DNA of 56,093 bases. Source: a virus (taxonomy: Duplodnaviria > Caudoviricetes). Under the pieces are notes generated by a model. The model saw only the letters and a program-made list of their open reading frames with translations, was not told where the DNA came from and did no database searches. Location: IMG/VR virus record IMGVR_UViG_3300005805_000110, positions 1 through 56,093 of that record; one strand, 5' to 3'. Positions 8,956 through 17,761 of the stretch are shown here, piece by piece; the first letter of the stretch is position 1, and every line of letters begins with the position of its first letter. The translations under genes and the position numbers were made by a program.

Positions 8956-9636
8956 ATGTTATTTCAAGTTGATCATACAACAGCATCAGTCACAGATTTT
9001 TCTGTTGTAGAGGTTCCTTTTAATGTTGTAGCACCTTTTATCGAAAAATGGCACTATAGTCATAGTGCAAAAGGGCAATCTCCTAAGAATTGTTTTGCAC
9101 TGATGCATGAAGGTGAAATGATTGGTGCAATGATTTATGGTTTCTTTGCAATGAGAAATCAGTGGAAAAAGTATTCAATCTATGGAGTAGATGATGAGTT
9201 TGAAGTAATAGAATTGCGCAGGTTAGTTTGTATCGACGAAACTCCTAGAAATACTGAATCTTATTTCATCGGTCAAACAATTAAGCATCTGAAGAAGAAT
9301 ACTAACTATAAAATTATTGTTTCATATGCTGATCCTCATCATGGTCATGCAGGAACTATCTACAAAGCAACTAACTTTTATCATGTTGGAATGACATCAC
9401 CTGGTAAGATTATTGATTATAATGGTAAGAGATATCATGATAAATGTGTCCGAGATATTAATAAAGCACATTTAAGAAAGACTGGAGAAAGAATACTCGC
9501 ACAATCTGCAGTTAGACTTGTGAATGCTCTTGAAAGTGGAGAAGCAAAGATGGTAGAGACCCCAGGAAAGCATATCTATGTGATGCCTTTGTGCAAAAAG
9601 TCAAAGAAATTGATAGAACAAAGTCTTGCTGATTAA
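8956..9636 (+). CDS. Mom-like GNAT-fold DNA modification protein
   Basis: FIEKWHYS, ELRRLV, PRNTESYFI, VSYADPHHGHAGTIYKATNF. Confidence 0.75.
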   Translation: MLFQVDHTTASVTDFSVVEVPFNVVAPFIEKWHYSHSAKGQSPKNCFALMHEGEMIGAMIYGFFAMRNQWKKYSIYGVDDEFEVIELRRLVCIDETPRNTESYFIGQTIKHLKKNTNYKIIVSYADPHHGHAGTIYKATNFYHVGMTSPGKIIDYNGKRYHDKCVRDINKAHLRKTGERILAQSAVRLVNALESGEAKMVETPGKHIYVMPLCKKSKKLIEQSLAD

Positions 9637-9665
9637 AACTGGGCCCCTGAAAGTGTCCTTATAGT
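9637..9665 (+). promoter_or_regulatory. 29-bp cassette element copy 1
   Basis: aactgggcccctgaaagtgtccttatagt directly after the stop at 9636. Confidence 0.9.
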
Positions 9666-9683
9666 GTAAGCACAACTCTCGAA

Positions 9684-10094
9684 ATGGCAACTCGCGGCAG
9701 AATTGGTATCGAACTTTCTGATGGTTCTGTACTTTCAGCATACCATCATTGGGACTCGTATCCCGAATGGTTGGGTCGTATTCTGAAAACTCACTATAAT
9801 AGCAAAGAACTTGCTGCCGAACTGATTGATGGTGGTGATATGAGTTCTGCTTGGACTAATGCTGGTTTCAATAATGAAACGGTTGCTCAAGGTCCACTAT
9901 ATTACTCTCAGCGTGGCGATGACTGTCCTCCTCGCCTTGATGCTGACCTGTGTGAGTATCTGCTGCCTGATAACAGCGAAGAATATGCATATGTCTTCCG
10001 CAATGGTGAGTGGGTATGCTATAATATGCATCAGTTTGATGATTCCAAACTTCCTGAAATCGTCGAAATCCCTTCTGCTGCTCTTGCTGTTTAA
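9684..10094 (+). CDS. conserved phage hypothetical protein (MATRGRIG...HWDSYP family)
   Basis: TRGRIGI, YHHWDSYPEWLG, EEYAYVF. Confidence 0.75.
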   Translation: MATRGRIGIELSDGSVLSAYHHWDSYPEWLGRILKTHYNSKELAAELIDGGDMSSAWTNAGFNNETVAQGPLYYSQRGDDCPPRLDADLCEYLLPDNSEEYAYVFRNGEWVCYNMHQFDDSKLPEIVEIPSAALAV

Positions 10095-10097
10095 TCT

Positions 10098-10289
10098 ATG
10101 AAAACTTCTACTGCTGTTGGTGTTATTGCTGGTGCTATTGTTCTCGTAACTGCCAGCATCTTATTTGAAGCATGGTTACTTGGACTTATTTTGTCTTGGT
10201 TTAGTGTATCTTTGACGTTCTGGCAGAACCTTGCTATTGTGGTTCTTGCTAATATGATCTTCAAAAATACTGGAGGATCTTCTAAATGA
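10098..10289 (+). CDS. small membrane protein
   Basis: two hydrophobic segments. Confidence 0.6.
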   Translation: MKTSTAVGVIAGAIVLVTASILFEAWLLGLILSWFSVSLTFWQNLAIVVLANMIFKNTGGSSK

Positions 10290-10528
10290 ATCGCAAGTAC
10301 ATCATCACATTTGCATTAGGTTTTGCTGCTATGATTGGTTGGAATGTGTTTCTAGTTCAACGTGATGAACAACTTCATAAAGCATATTATCGTTCAGAGG
10401 CTATAGAGAATCTGAAGAAACCTCCATCTAAAGAGATTAGGTGATTTACTTTCTCATTATCTCTGCAGGATTTGGATGGTTCTTTACTGTCCTGTTCTCA
10501 AAACATTTTAACTATCTGGACAAGAACA

Positions 10529-10666
10529 ATGATTCCAAAAAGCATCCGCGATCTTATCAAAAAAGCAGAAATGAACAAAGTAGCAGAGGAGTTTTGGAAA
10601 GAGGTTGAAGCAGAAGCAACAAAGCTTGAGGTTCCTGTTGATTATTATCTTGCGGAGTTTTACTAA
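10529..10666 (+). CDS. small hypothetical protein (VDYYLAEF family)
   Basis: internal ATG at 10529; resembles 20115..20255. Confidence 0.55.
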   Translation: MIPKSIRDLIKKAEMNKVAEEFWKEVEAEATKLEVPVDYYLAEFY

Positions 10667-10738
10667 TGACTTTCTTTTTCGGAGCACTTGCTGGTATTCT
10701 AGTTACACTAGGAGTTGTATTTGTTGTCTCTAACGATA

Positions 10739-10767
10739 TTGACAACAACACTGATTTTCGTTAAACT
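10739..10767 (+). promoter_or_regulatory. sigma70-type promoter
   Basis: TTGACA-N17-TAAACT, then GGAG and ATG 10791. Confidence 0.65.
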
Positions 10768-10790
10768 GAAGGAGTAATTTACAAATAACA

Positions 10791-11033
10791 ATGGCACAAA
10801 AGTTTCTTTACATCGTTGATCACTACATTCCTTTTCCTTCCAGTGAATATGGTGGTATTTGGAATGTTATTGCAGAACATGATGATGAATGTTTTGATTT
10901 GATTTCTGCAGAAGATGAAGATGATTTTTATGATGAACATTATAAAGTTCTTCGTGAGAATATTTTGAATGCACGAAAGTTTGCTCTTGCAGAAGATGTA
11001 GAGTCTGTTATTGTTGAGGAGTTTACTACCTGA
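10791..11033 (+). CDS. hypothetical cyanophage protein
   Basis: YIVDHYIPFPSSEYGGIWNVIA. Confidence 0.7.
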   Translation: MAQKFLYIVDHYIPFPSSEYGGIWNVIAEHDDECFDLISAEDEDDFYDEHYKVLRENILNARKFALAEDVESVIVEEFTT

Positions 11034-11192
11034 TTATGACACATCACGTTGGCCACACTAACAAAATGCTGTTCGACCTGAAAGTACAGTATCAAGCACA
11101 AATCAGTCGTCTTCAGAATAAGATCAGTGAACAAGAGCAAGAGATTGCTAAACTTAAAACTTTAATTTCTCTTCTTACTATTGAACGTGAGT

Positions 11193-11474
11193 ATGATTGC
11201 TGAATTTCCACATAAAGCACCAAAAGATTATAGTTATGAGTTTGAAGAGTTCAAGCGTGGTGTGGTCTCTATTTGGTTGCGTTGTCATCGCAAGTTTGAT
11301 TACAATAATGGTGCCACAACTAGAACCATCTGGGGGTTTTACAAATCCAAAACTAAAGAATACTTCGCCCCAATTAATAGTAAGACCATCGGTGCTTGTG
11401 TAAATATCAAGGATACGCGGAATTATACCGCAATGCCGCTGAAACTTAATCCTTTAGAAGCAGCATTTGTATGA
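11193..11474 (+). CDS. hypothetical cyanophage protein
   Basis: FPHKAPKDYSYE...TIWGFY...TAMPLKLNPLEAAF. Confidence 0.7.
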   Translation: MIAEFPHKAPKDYSYEFEEFKRGVVSIWLRCHRKFDYNNGATTRTIWGFYKSKTKEYFAPINSKTIGACVNIKDTRNYTAMPLKLNPLEAAFV

Positions 11475-11734
11475 CATACGAACCACAAGTAAACGATTAT
11501 GTTGAATGGACAAAAGGTGTTGAAGGTTGGATTTATTTCAAAGATAATGAATACATTACCATTGAGTATGTTGTTCGTCCAAAAGATGAAGTAAATCTTC
11601 TATGCTGTCCTATTCATAGAAATGAAAGATTGCTTGTTGTTTGTTATGTTGAACAATGGAAAGAATTAAAATACATCAAGTCGCGTCAATCAATCTATGA
11701 AGAAACAGAAAAGTATTTGGCGATTGCTTGCTAA
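11471..11734 (+). CDS. hypothetical protein
   Basis: YEPQVNDYVEW..GVEGWIYF; ATGA overlap. Confidence 0.65.
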   Translation: MTYEPQVNDYVEWTKGVEGWIYFKDNEYITIEYVVRPKDEVNLLCCPIHRNERLLVVCYVEQWKELKYIKSRQSIYEETEKYLAIAC

Positions 11735-11975
11735 AGCATTAGGAGAGAAAGCAAGCAAATGTGACAAAGAAGCGGATAGAATAGCACTCATTCGCTTACT
11801 AATTACCGCACAAATTCTTATCACGAACTTCTTTATCATCTATGGAGTAGTAAGAGTAAATCATTTTCCAATAGATAAGAATCAAAAAATTGAAGTTGTA
11901 ATTGATGCATCTACTCTTCCTGTTTATGAGCAACCACCAAAGAGAGATGTGAACAAACCGTTTGAATTTGAATGA
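11697..11975 (+). CDS. hypothetical membrane-anchored protein
   Basis: WRLLAKALGEKA...ITNFFIIYGV. Confidence 0.6.
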   Translation: MKKQKSIWRLLAKALGEKASKCDKEADRIALIRLLITAQILITNFFIIYGVVRVNHFPIDKNQKIEVVIDASTLPVYEQPPKRDVNKPFEFE

Positions 11976-12003
11976 ACTGGGCCCCTTAAATTGTACTAAT
12001 AGT
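11975..12003 (+). promoter_or_regulatory. 29-bp cassette element copy 2
   Basis: aactgggccccttaaattgtactaatagt. Confidence 0.85.
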
Positions 12004-12009
12004 GTAAGC

Positions 12010-12156
12010 ATGAACGATTCTATGGACTGCTTTGATGACATCCAAATTGAGGAAACTCATGGTTTTGATTTCATCGAACAAGATTTGTCTGACCTCATTG
12101 AAGAGGAAAACAATTTCAATATGAACGAATACCTCAACAGCAACTACGATTACTGA
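12010..12156 (+). CDS. small acidic protein
   Basis: MNDSMDCFDDIQIEE; ATG 6 nt after the element. Confidence 0.55.
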   Translation: MNDSMDCFDDIQIEETHGFDFIEQDLSDLIEEENNFNMNEYLNSNYDY

Positions 12157-12158
12157 TT

Positions 12159-12356
12159 ATGACTGAACACATTCCTAACGTGCTTCCTCACATCCAAGAA
12201 CTAAAAGATACCTGGAGGCGGCAAGATTTTACATTTAGCAAACAACAACAGGAAGAATATGACCTCTTGCTTGCTACTCGCCGCGAACGTGTCAAGCAAT
12301 TTTATGCTGAAGGTCGCGTCTTTAAAGGTTCATATAAAGTAAAAGAAGAAATCTAG
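12159..12356 (+). CDS. hypothetical protein
   Basis: 65-aa ORF. Confidence 0.6.
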   Translation: MTEHIPNVLPHIQELKDTWRRQDFTFSKQQQEEYDLLLATRRERVKQFYAEGRVFKGSYKVKEEI

Positions 12357-12361
12357 TACTA

Positions 12362-12391
12362 TGAGTGTACAGTTTCTCTACTGTACACTCA
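12362..12391. terminator. perfect 12-bp hairpin upstream of a late promoter
   Basis: TGAGTGTACAGT / ACTGTACACTCA with 6-nt loop; CTAAATA at 12399-12405; no clear U-tail. Confidence 0.55.
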
Positions 12392-12431
12392 CTCTTGACT
12401 AAATACCTGAAAAGGTCTATAGTGTAAAGAG

Positions 12432-13067
12432 ATGAAAACATTTCAGGAGTTTGTTTTGATTGCTGAGGCAGCTTATGATGCTAGCGTCATGAGTTCATCA
12501 CAAATCCGTCGCGGTGGCGATGGTACAAAAATTGGAGCTGAGCGAAAGAAAACTGCTCCTGAAATGAGAAGAATGAAGTCAGTTAGAGATCCTGAGACTG
12601 GCAAAGTTAAGAGAGTACCTGTTAGTTACAAGGAAAGAACTGATGTAGGTTCTCAGAGACAAGCATCCACGAGAGTGCAACAACCTGAACAGGAAAGAGG
12701 CAGCAAAGAAGTTGCTCAATCCTATGCAGAAAAAGTAAAAGCAGAAAGAAGAAAAGCAGCACAAGCAAGAATTGCTGCAAAGAAATCAGGTAAACCAGCA
12801 CCTGCAGAGAAACCAAAACCACAAGAAGTAGAGAAGACAGCATCAAAGCTTCTCTCAAAGAAAGCACCACCAGAAAAGAAAACTTCTGGTGATAAAGAAG
12901 ATCACATGATTAAAGGTTCTCTACTTCCAAAAGGAGAAAAGAGACCTTATACTAGAGATGAGAAAAAGAGAATTGTTAGAACTGGTAAGAGATTGCAGGC
13001 AGATTTGCAAAAAGGAAAAGAGAAAGCTTCCAGCAATTATCAATCATCACTCACACCAGGCAAGTAG
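12432..13067 (+). CDS. basic putative internal head protein with T4-like capsid-targeting N-terminus
   Basis: MKTFQEFVLIAE resembles the T4 internal-protein signal MKTYQEFIAE; K/R-rich; late promoter upstream. Confidence 0.6.
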   Translation: MKTFQEFVLIAEAAYDASVMSSSQIRRGGDGTKIGAERKKTAPEMRRMKSVRDPETGKVKRVPVSYKERTDVGSQRQASTRVQQPEQERGSKEVAQSYAEKVKAERRKAAQARIAAKKSGKPAPAEKPKPQEVEKTASKLLSKKAPPEKKTSGDKEDHMIKGSLLPKGEKRPYTRDEKKRIVRTGKRLQADLQKGKEKASSNYQSSLTPGK

Positions 13068-13068
13068 T

Positions 13069-13097
13069 AACTGGGCCCTTGAAAGTGTACCAGTGGT
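13069..13097 (+). promoter_or_regulatory. 29-bp cassette element copy 3
   Basis: aactgggcccttgaaagtgtaccagtggt. Confidence 0.9.
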
Positions 13098-13118
13098 ATA
13101 ACCACTGACACAAGATAA

Positions 13119-13286
13119 ATGCTCTGGCAAGATCGCAACGGAACCTGGCACAGCACAATCTCTCCGATTGATATGAAGATCAACCGAGCACTGATTGATG
13201 CTAAAGCAAACGGAACACTTGATACCTGGGATGACTCAAAAGGTTCTCTCTTTGATCAAATGTTTGCAGAGTTTTATGCTGATTGA
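13119..13286 (+). CDS. small hypothetical protein (55 aa, not in ORF track)
   Basis: MLWQDRNGTWHS...AEFYAD downstream of the element. Confidence 0.6.
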   Translation: MLWQDRNGTWHSTISPIDMKINRALIDAKANGTLDTWDDSKGSLFDQMFAEFYAD

Positions 13287-13362
13287 TTAAACCTCACCAG
13301 CACGCTCAGATTGACCTCTAAGCGTGCTATTTTTGTCTTTAGATACCAAACCACTGAAAACA

Positions 13363-13560
13363 ATGAATTACGTTCAAATCCCTGATTATATCTTTGATAG
13401 GATCATCAAAAACCTGCAGAGAGGTTATGATATATGCAGTGCAGTTGATTCTGATTCTGAAGAAACTGAGAAGTCTCCTTACTATGCAAATGGGTACAGT
13501 CGTGGTACAATACAGAGTGTACTTGAAGATCTTAAGAGATACAAAGAAGTCAGTAATTGA
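13363..13560 (+). CDS. hypothetical protein
   Basis: MNYVQIPD...SPYYANGYSR; upstream hairpin AGCACGCT/AGCGTGCT at 13299-13328. Confidence 0.6.
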   Translation: MNYVQIPDYIFDRIIKNLQRGYDICSAVDSDSEETEKSPYYANGYSRGTIQSVLEDLKRYKEVSN

Positions 13561-13589
13561 TACTGGGCCCTTTAAATTGCACCTATAGT
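13561..13589 (+). promoter_or_regulatory. 29-bp cassette element copy 4 (followed directly by ATG)
   Basis: tactgggccctttaaattgcacctatagt-ATG. Confidence 0.85.
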
Positions 13590-14837
13590 ATGAGCACCAA
13601 CATTATGAACATTCAACTTCGTCCGCATCAGGAACGTGGTGTTGCTGCTATGCAACAGCATGATAAAGGTCAGATTATTGTTCCTACTGGTGGTGGTAAG
13701 ACTCTGAAGATGATCTATGATGCTCTGCGCGAGTTCCAGTCAGAAACTCCACAGACCATTGTTGTTGTTGCTCCTCGCATTCTGCTAGCAGAGCAACTCT
13801 CTTCTGAGTTTCTGGAGTTTATCACCAACGCTGCTGTATTTCACGTTCACAGTGGAGAAACTCATCATGAGTCTTCTACTCGCCCGCGTGAGATTCGCAA
13901 CTGGATTGATGCTAATGCCAACAATCATCGCTTGATTGTAACTACCTACAACTCTCTGTCCCGTCTTCAAGCAGCAGAGATTGAGGTTGATACCATTTAC
14001 TTTGACGAGGCACATAATTCAGTTCAGCGTCACTTTTTTCCTGCAACTGAGCACTTTGCTGCTAACGCACGTCGCTGCTACTTTTTCACTGCCACACCGA
14101 AACATTCTCTCGCTGTTGGTAAGGCAGGCATGAATGATTCTGCAGTTTATGGTCAGGTAATTTGCAAAGTTCCTGCTCCTGAGTTAGTTGAAGGCGGTTA
14201 CATTGTTCCACCTAAAGTTATCGTCAAGCAACTGGCTATGGTACAAGGTAAGCAGACAAACTTTGACCGTGATTCTGAGAATCTGCTGGAAACCATTGAT
14301 GAGAACAAGGTGGGCAAGATTCTCATCTGTGCTAAGGCAACCAAGCAAATTGTGTCGCTGGTGACTGAAACTGACTTCTGCTTCCAGTTAGAGTCTCGCG
14401 GTTATTCTTGGATGTATATCACTGCCAAGACTGGTGCTGTGATTGATGGCAAGAAGGTCAACCGTGAGGTATTCTTTGACACGCTATCTGCATGGGGAAA
14501 GGATAACGACAAGAAGTTTGTTGTGCTACATCATAGCATCCTCGCAGAAGGTATCAACGTCAGCGGTCTGGAAGCAGTTCTTTTCCTCCGCAATATGGAC
14601 TTCATTGGTATCTCTCAAACCATCGGCCGTTGCATCCGTTTGCATCACGATGATGCTCAAGGTATGCGCGATGGACGTATTGAACCTGGCAACCTGAGTC
14701 AGTATAGCAAATCATTCGGTCTGGTTTGTGTACCTGTCTACAGCAAGGTTGGCATCAGCACCGCTCGCGCTGTTCAGTCTGTGGTTGATACAATCTTCCA
14801 GAAAGGAGAACCTGCTATCTCGGTGGTGAGGCGGTGA
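13590..14837 (+). CDS. superfamily 2 (DEAH, ResIII-like) helicase
   Basis: LRPHQ, PTGGGKT, VVAP, DEAH, TATP, EGINV, QTIGRCIR. Confidence 0.92.
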   Translation: MSTNIMNIQLRPHQERGVAAMQQHDKGQIIVPTGGGKTLKMIYDALREFQSETPQTIVVVAPRILLAEQLSSEFLEFITNAAVFHVHSGETHHESSTRPREIRNWIDANANNHRLIVTTYNSLSRLQAAEIEVDTIYFDEAHNSVQRHFFPATEHFAANARRCYFFTATPKHSLAVGKAGMNDSAVYGQVICKVPAPELVEGGYIVPPKVIVKQLAMVQGKQTNFDRDSENLLETIDENKVGKILICAKATKQIVSLVTETDFCFQLESRGYSWMYITAKTGAVIDGKKVNREVFFDTLSAWGKDNDKKFVVLHHSILAEGINVSGLEAVLFLRNMDFIGISQTIGRCIRLHHDDAQGMRDGRIEPGNLSQYSKSFGLVCVPVYSKVGISTARAVQSVVDTIFQKGEPAISVVRR

Positions 14838-14860
14838 GTCTCACCAAGACTCCAGTGGCC

Positions 14861-14886
14861 ATCAGGTGTAAAAACCTGATTTTTTT
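14861..14886 (+). terminator. rho-independent terminator
   Basis: ATCAGGT-gtaaaa-ACCTGAT followed by a T-run. Confidence 0.65.
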
Positions 14887-14949
14887 GCAATTTCATGTCA
14901 CAGGTGTCATAGGTCATCTGCTGCAACCAAATCAACGATTTTTCTCAAA

Positions 14950-15480
14950 ATGAACTCCAAGAACTGGAAAGCATACTGCCAAACTACATTCAACTCACTG
15001 CGAGCAAACGTAGAGAACTGGGGCGACCCTGATTTCTTCCGACCCATCACACGTTTGTATTACATTGGTGTATTTGATTGTGCTCAAGTCAATCATCTTG
15101 GTCTGATAAGTGAGAGAGCAAAAGATAATCCAAAAGAGCGCACTCACGATCACTGTTTGTCTCCACAATTCATCGGTCGGATGATTATGGACAACCCAGA
15201 CAAATACCTCTCTGATTATGATGTATTTGAGAACCTGTTTTGGTTGTCCTGCTCCACAATTACAGTGACAAAGGATGAGAATAAGAGACTGAGTATGCTG
15301 ACTGAGAATAATGGAACAGATTACATTGTTCACGTTCCAACTAATCTCAAGTATCAGCATCTTGGCATCAAACTATACCAAAAGAATGGCGCAAGGTGGG
15401 AAAATGCTGTAGAATATGAGGACAACATTATCTCTGCTCCTGCAGATCTGTTGGAATATGAAAAGAGGTTTTTGGTATGA
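14950..15480 (+). CDS. hypothetical protein, possible His-Me finger nuclease-like fold
   Basis: RTHDHCLSPQ...ITVTKDENKRL. Confidence 0.55.
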   Translation: MNSKNWKAYCQTTFNSLRANVENWGDPDFFRPITRLYYIGVFDCAQVNHLGLISERAKDNPKERTHDHCLSPQFIGRMIMDNPDKYLSDYDVFENLFWLSCSTITVTKDENKRLSMLTENNGTDYIVHVPTNLKYQHLGIKLYQKNGARWENAVEYEDNIISAPADLLEYEKRFLV

Positions 15481-15656
15481 TTGAAGGATTCATTATAGGC
15501 AGAGGTGAATACGCTGCTATACCATTTGGAAAGTCTCAACTGATGGTTATTCACAACGGCCAGCAGTTGAAGGTGTGTAGGACTGAAAGTTCTGCACGAA
15601 AGTTTATAGAAGACCACAAGAAAGGTAAGAGTACAGCAAAGTTGCCTGTTGATTGA
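15477..15656 (+). CDS. small hypothetical protein (59 aa, not in ORF track)
   Basis: MIEGFIIGRGEYAAIPFG...; ATGA overlap; stop abuts the element. Confidence 0.6.
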   Translation: MIEGFIIGRGEYAAIPFGKSQLMVIHNGQQLKVCRTESSARKFIEDHKKGKSTAKLPVD

Positions 15657-15685
15657 AACTGGGCCCTTGAAAGTGTCCTAGTAGT
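15657..15685 (+). promoter_or_regulatory. 29-bp cassette element copy 5
   Basis: aactgggcccttgaaagtgtcctagtagt. Confidence 0.9.
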
Positions 15686-15703
15686 GTAAGACGCATTCAC
15701 TCT

Positions 15704-15961
15704 ATGCCTCGCGCTCGCAAGCAAATCGCAAATGTTCCTGCTGTTGTTGTTCCTGAAGTGAAAGTTCCTGAGGTTCTCATCACTCGCCAGCAATATATTC
15801 AAGACATTAAGGTTCGCTGGCAAATCCATCAATATGAGGTTAACAAACTTCGTGAAGATGTGGTTAAGTTCAATCAAACTGTTTCTCCTTATGTGAAGCA
15901 AGCATTTGATTATATCACTGAAAAGTATCACCAATTAGTTTCACGCCAAGTGACTGCTTGA
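15704..15961 (+). CDS. hypothetical protein
   Basis: LITRQQYIQDIKVRWQIHQYE. Confidence 0.65.
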   Translation: MPRARKQIANVPAVVVPEVKVPEVLITRQQYIQDIKVRWQIHQYEVNKLREDVVKFNQTVSPYVKQAFDYITEKYHQLVSRQVTA

Positions 15962-15971
15962 TGATGCAATC

Positions 15972-15996
15972 GGCACTCTCAATGAGTGCCTTTTTT
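15972..15996 (+). terminator. rho-independent terminator
   Basis: GGCACTC-tcaat-GAGTGCC-TTTTTT. Confidence 0.8.
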
Positions 15997-16007
15997 AGTA
16001 TAAATCC

Positions 16008-16036
16008 AACTGGGCCCTTGAAAGTGTACCTATAGT
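16008..16036 (+). promoter_or_regulatory. 29-bp cassette element copy 6 (followed directly by ATG)
   Basis: aactgggcccttgaaagtgtacctatagt-ATG. Confidence 0.9.
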
Positions 16037-16957
16037 ATGAGTAAGAAACCAATGCAAAACAAACATCTAGAACATCCTGAAGATTGCATCCTAACTGGTG
16101 ATCTTTCTGTTCTTGATTGGTTCTCTGAAACTAAAAGCACCATCAGCATCAAGATGGACGGTTCTCCTGCTATTGTTTGGGGTACAAATCCGCAGAATGG
16201 TAAGTTTTTTGTTTGTACCAAAGCAGCATTTAACAAACAAAAGATTCGCCTTTGCTATACCAAAGATGATGTTTTTACGCACTTTGGTCATCAACCTAAG
16301 GTAGCACAAATCCTTATTTCTTGTCTTGATTTCCTGCCTAAGACTATGGCAGTGATGCAAGGTGATTTTATTGGTTTTGGTGGTGGATTGGATACATTCA
16401 CTCCCAATACGATTACCTATAAGTTTTCTGCTCCAGTTTATCAGGACATTATCATCTGCCCTCACACATTCTATTGTGGTGCTGATGATATTCGTGAGAT
16501 GATTGCATCTCCTCTGACTACCAAACTCATTAGCACCAAACATTGCTTGTTTGTGCAGCCTGAAGTGGAATTGAATCCTTATCGTGAAGATCTGGAGGAT
16601 GTGTGTAAGTTTGCTAAGCAGATGAGCACTCTATGTGAGTTTGTGAGCGACAAGAAAGCATCACAAATCAAAAAGGAGATCAATGCCTGCATCCGTGAAG
16701 GTATTGACGTGGATGAGAATGAAATTGCAGAAAAATGTGATTGTGACAAATATCTCATCTCTTTGTGGAAATTGGTTGCATCTATCAAGATGGATTTGTT
16801 CCTGTTCGTTGATAGTAGCACAGACATTCGTTGTGAGATTGATGGTAAGTTCAGCGACCATGAAGGTTATGTCATCCAGAACAAGTTTGGCACCTATAAA
16901 TTAGTTGATCGCGAAACATTCTCTCATGCGAACTTTACCATTGCAAAGAACTGGTGA
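16037..16957 (+). CDS. ligase-like covalent nucleotidyltransferase-fold protein (DUF6267-like)
   Basis: HLEHPED, SIKMDGSP (KxDG), MQGDF, HEGYV, YKLVDR. Confidence 0.65.
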   Translation: MSKKPMQNKHLEHPEDCILTGDLSVLDWFSETKSTISIKMDGSPAIVWGTNPQNGKFFVCTKAAFNKQKIRLCYTKDDVFTHFGHQPKVAQILISCLDFLPKTMAVMQGDFIGFGGGLDTFTPNTITYKFSAPVYQDIIICPHTFYCGADDIREMIASPLTTKLISTKHCLFVQPEVELNPYREDLEDVCKFAKQMSTLCEFVSDKKASQIKKEINACIREGIDVDENEIAEKCDCDKYLISLWKLVASIKMDLFLFVDSSTDIRCEIDGKFSDHEGYVIQNKFGTYKLVDRETFSHANFTIAKNW

Positions 16958-16961
16958 ATGT

Positions 16962-16990
16962 AACTGGGCCCTTGAAAGTGTGCTTATAGT
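16962..16990 (+). promoter_or_regulatory. 29-bp cassette element copy 7 (followed directly by ATG)
   Basis: aactgggcccttgaaagtgtgcttatagt-ATG. Confidence 0.9.
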
Positions 16991-17422
16991 ATGAGCGCAA
17001 CTACAATGCAAGCACAAGCACAACAAACTATTGCAGAGAATGTGTATAAGCACACTCTAATGTTGATTGAAGCACTGAAGCAAAACTACACTCAGTCCTC
17101 TATTCGAGGACATCAAAAGTTCGTTGATGATGCTGATACTCAAGAGTATCATCAGCGTTGCATTGATGAACTCAAGAATGGTATTTGTCCGATTGATTAT
17201 GTGATTGAGTCTGGCAAAAAGTATCATAAAGTTATCTTTGTTAATGGTAATGGATCTCGCAGTGTTCATGCGTTCATAGATAAGAATACTGGCGAGGTTT
17301 ACAAGTCTGCCAGTTGGAAATCTCCTGCCAAAGGTGTTCGTTATGATCTGCGATTGATTAAAGATCGTGAATGGTTGCTTGAGAATGCTGATTGGAGTGG
17401 TGGTTATTTGTACGCAAAATGA
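16991..17422 (+). CDS. conserved phage hypothetical protein
   Basis: GKKYHKV...SVHAFIDKNTGEVYKSASWKSPAKGVRY...ADWSGGYLY. Confidence 0.75.
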   Translation: MSATTMQAQAQQTIAENVYKHTLMLIEALKQNYTQSSIRGHQKFVDDADTQEYHQRCIDELKNGICPIDYVIESGKKYHKVIFVNGNGSRSVHAFIDKNTGEVYKSASWKSPAKGVRYDLRLIKDREWLLENADWSGGYLYAK

Positions 17423-17503
17423 CGATTCTAACTTGGTTATTTGTATGGATTTTGGTATCCATTCCCATTGGAATTATCACTGGCAAATTGATTGAAACTC
17501 CTG

Positions 17504-17761
17504 ATGATGACTAACTCTAATCTCTCAAAGATCCGTCCTAAGTTGAGAACAACTGGCCGTGTGTCAGGCAACTTCGGAAAATCGAAAGTTCGTGCAGGTT
17601 CTCCACTCAATGAGATCGGTGGTGATGGTAACATAGGTGCCACACAAGATGATTATCTAAATCGTCTGTATTATGCTTTTGATAATACTACCGATCCTAA
17701 ACTTCAACGCTTCATTTACTCCGAAATCCGTAAGATTCACATTCAAAGAGGAACCTGGTGA
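17504..17761 (+). CDS. hypothetical protein
   Basis: NSNLSKIRPKLRTTGRVSGNFGK. Confidence 0.6.
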   Translation: MMTNSNLSKIRPKLRTTGRVSGNFGKSKVRAGSPLNEIGGDGNIGATQDDYLNRLYYAFDNTTDPKLQRFIYSEIRKIHIQRGTW

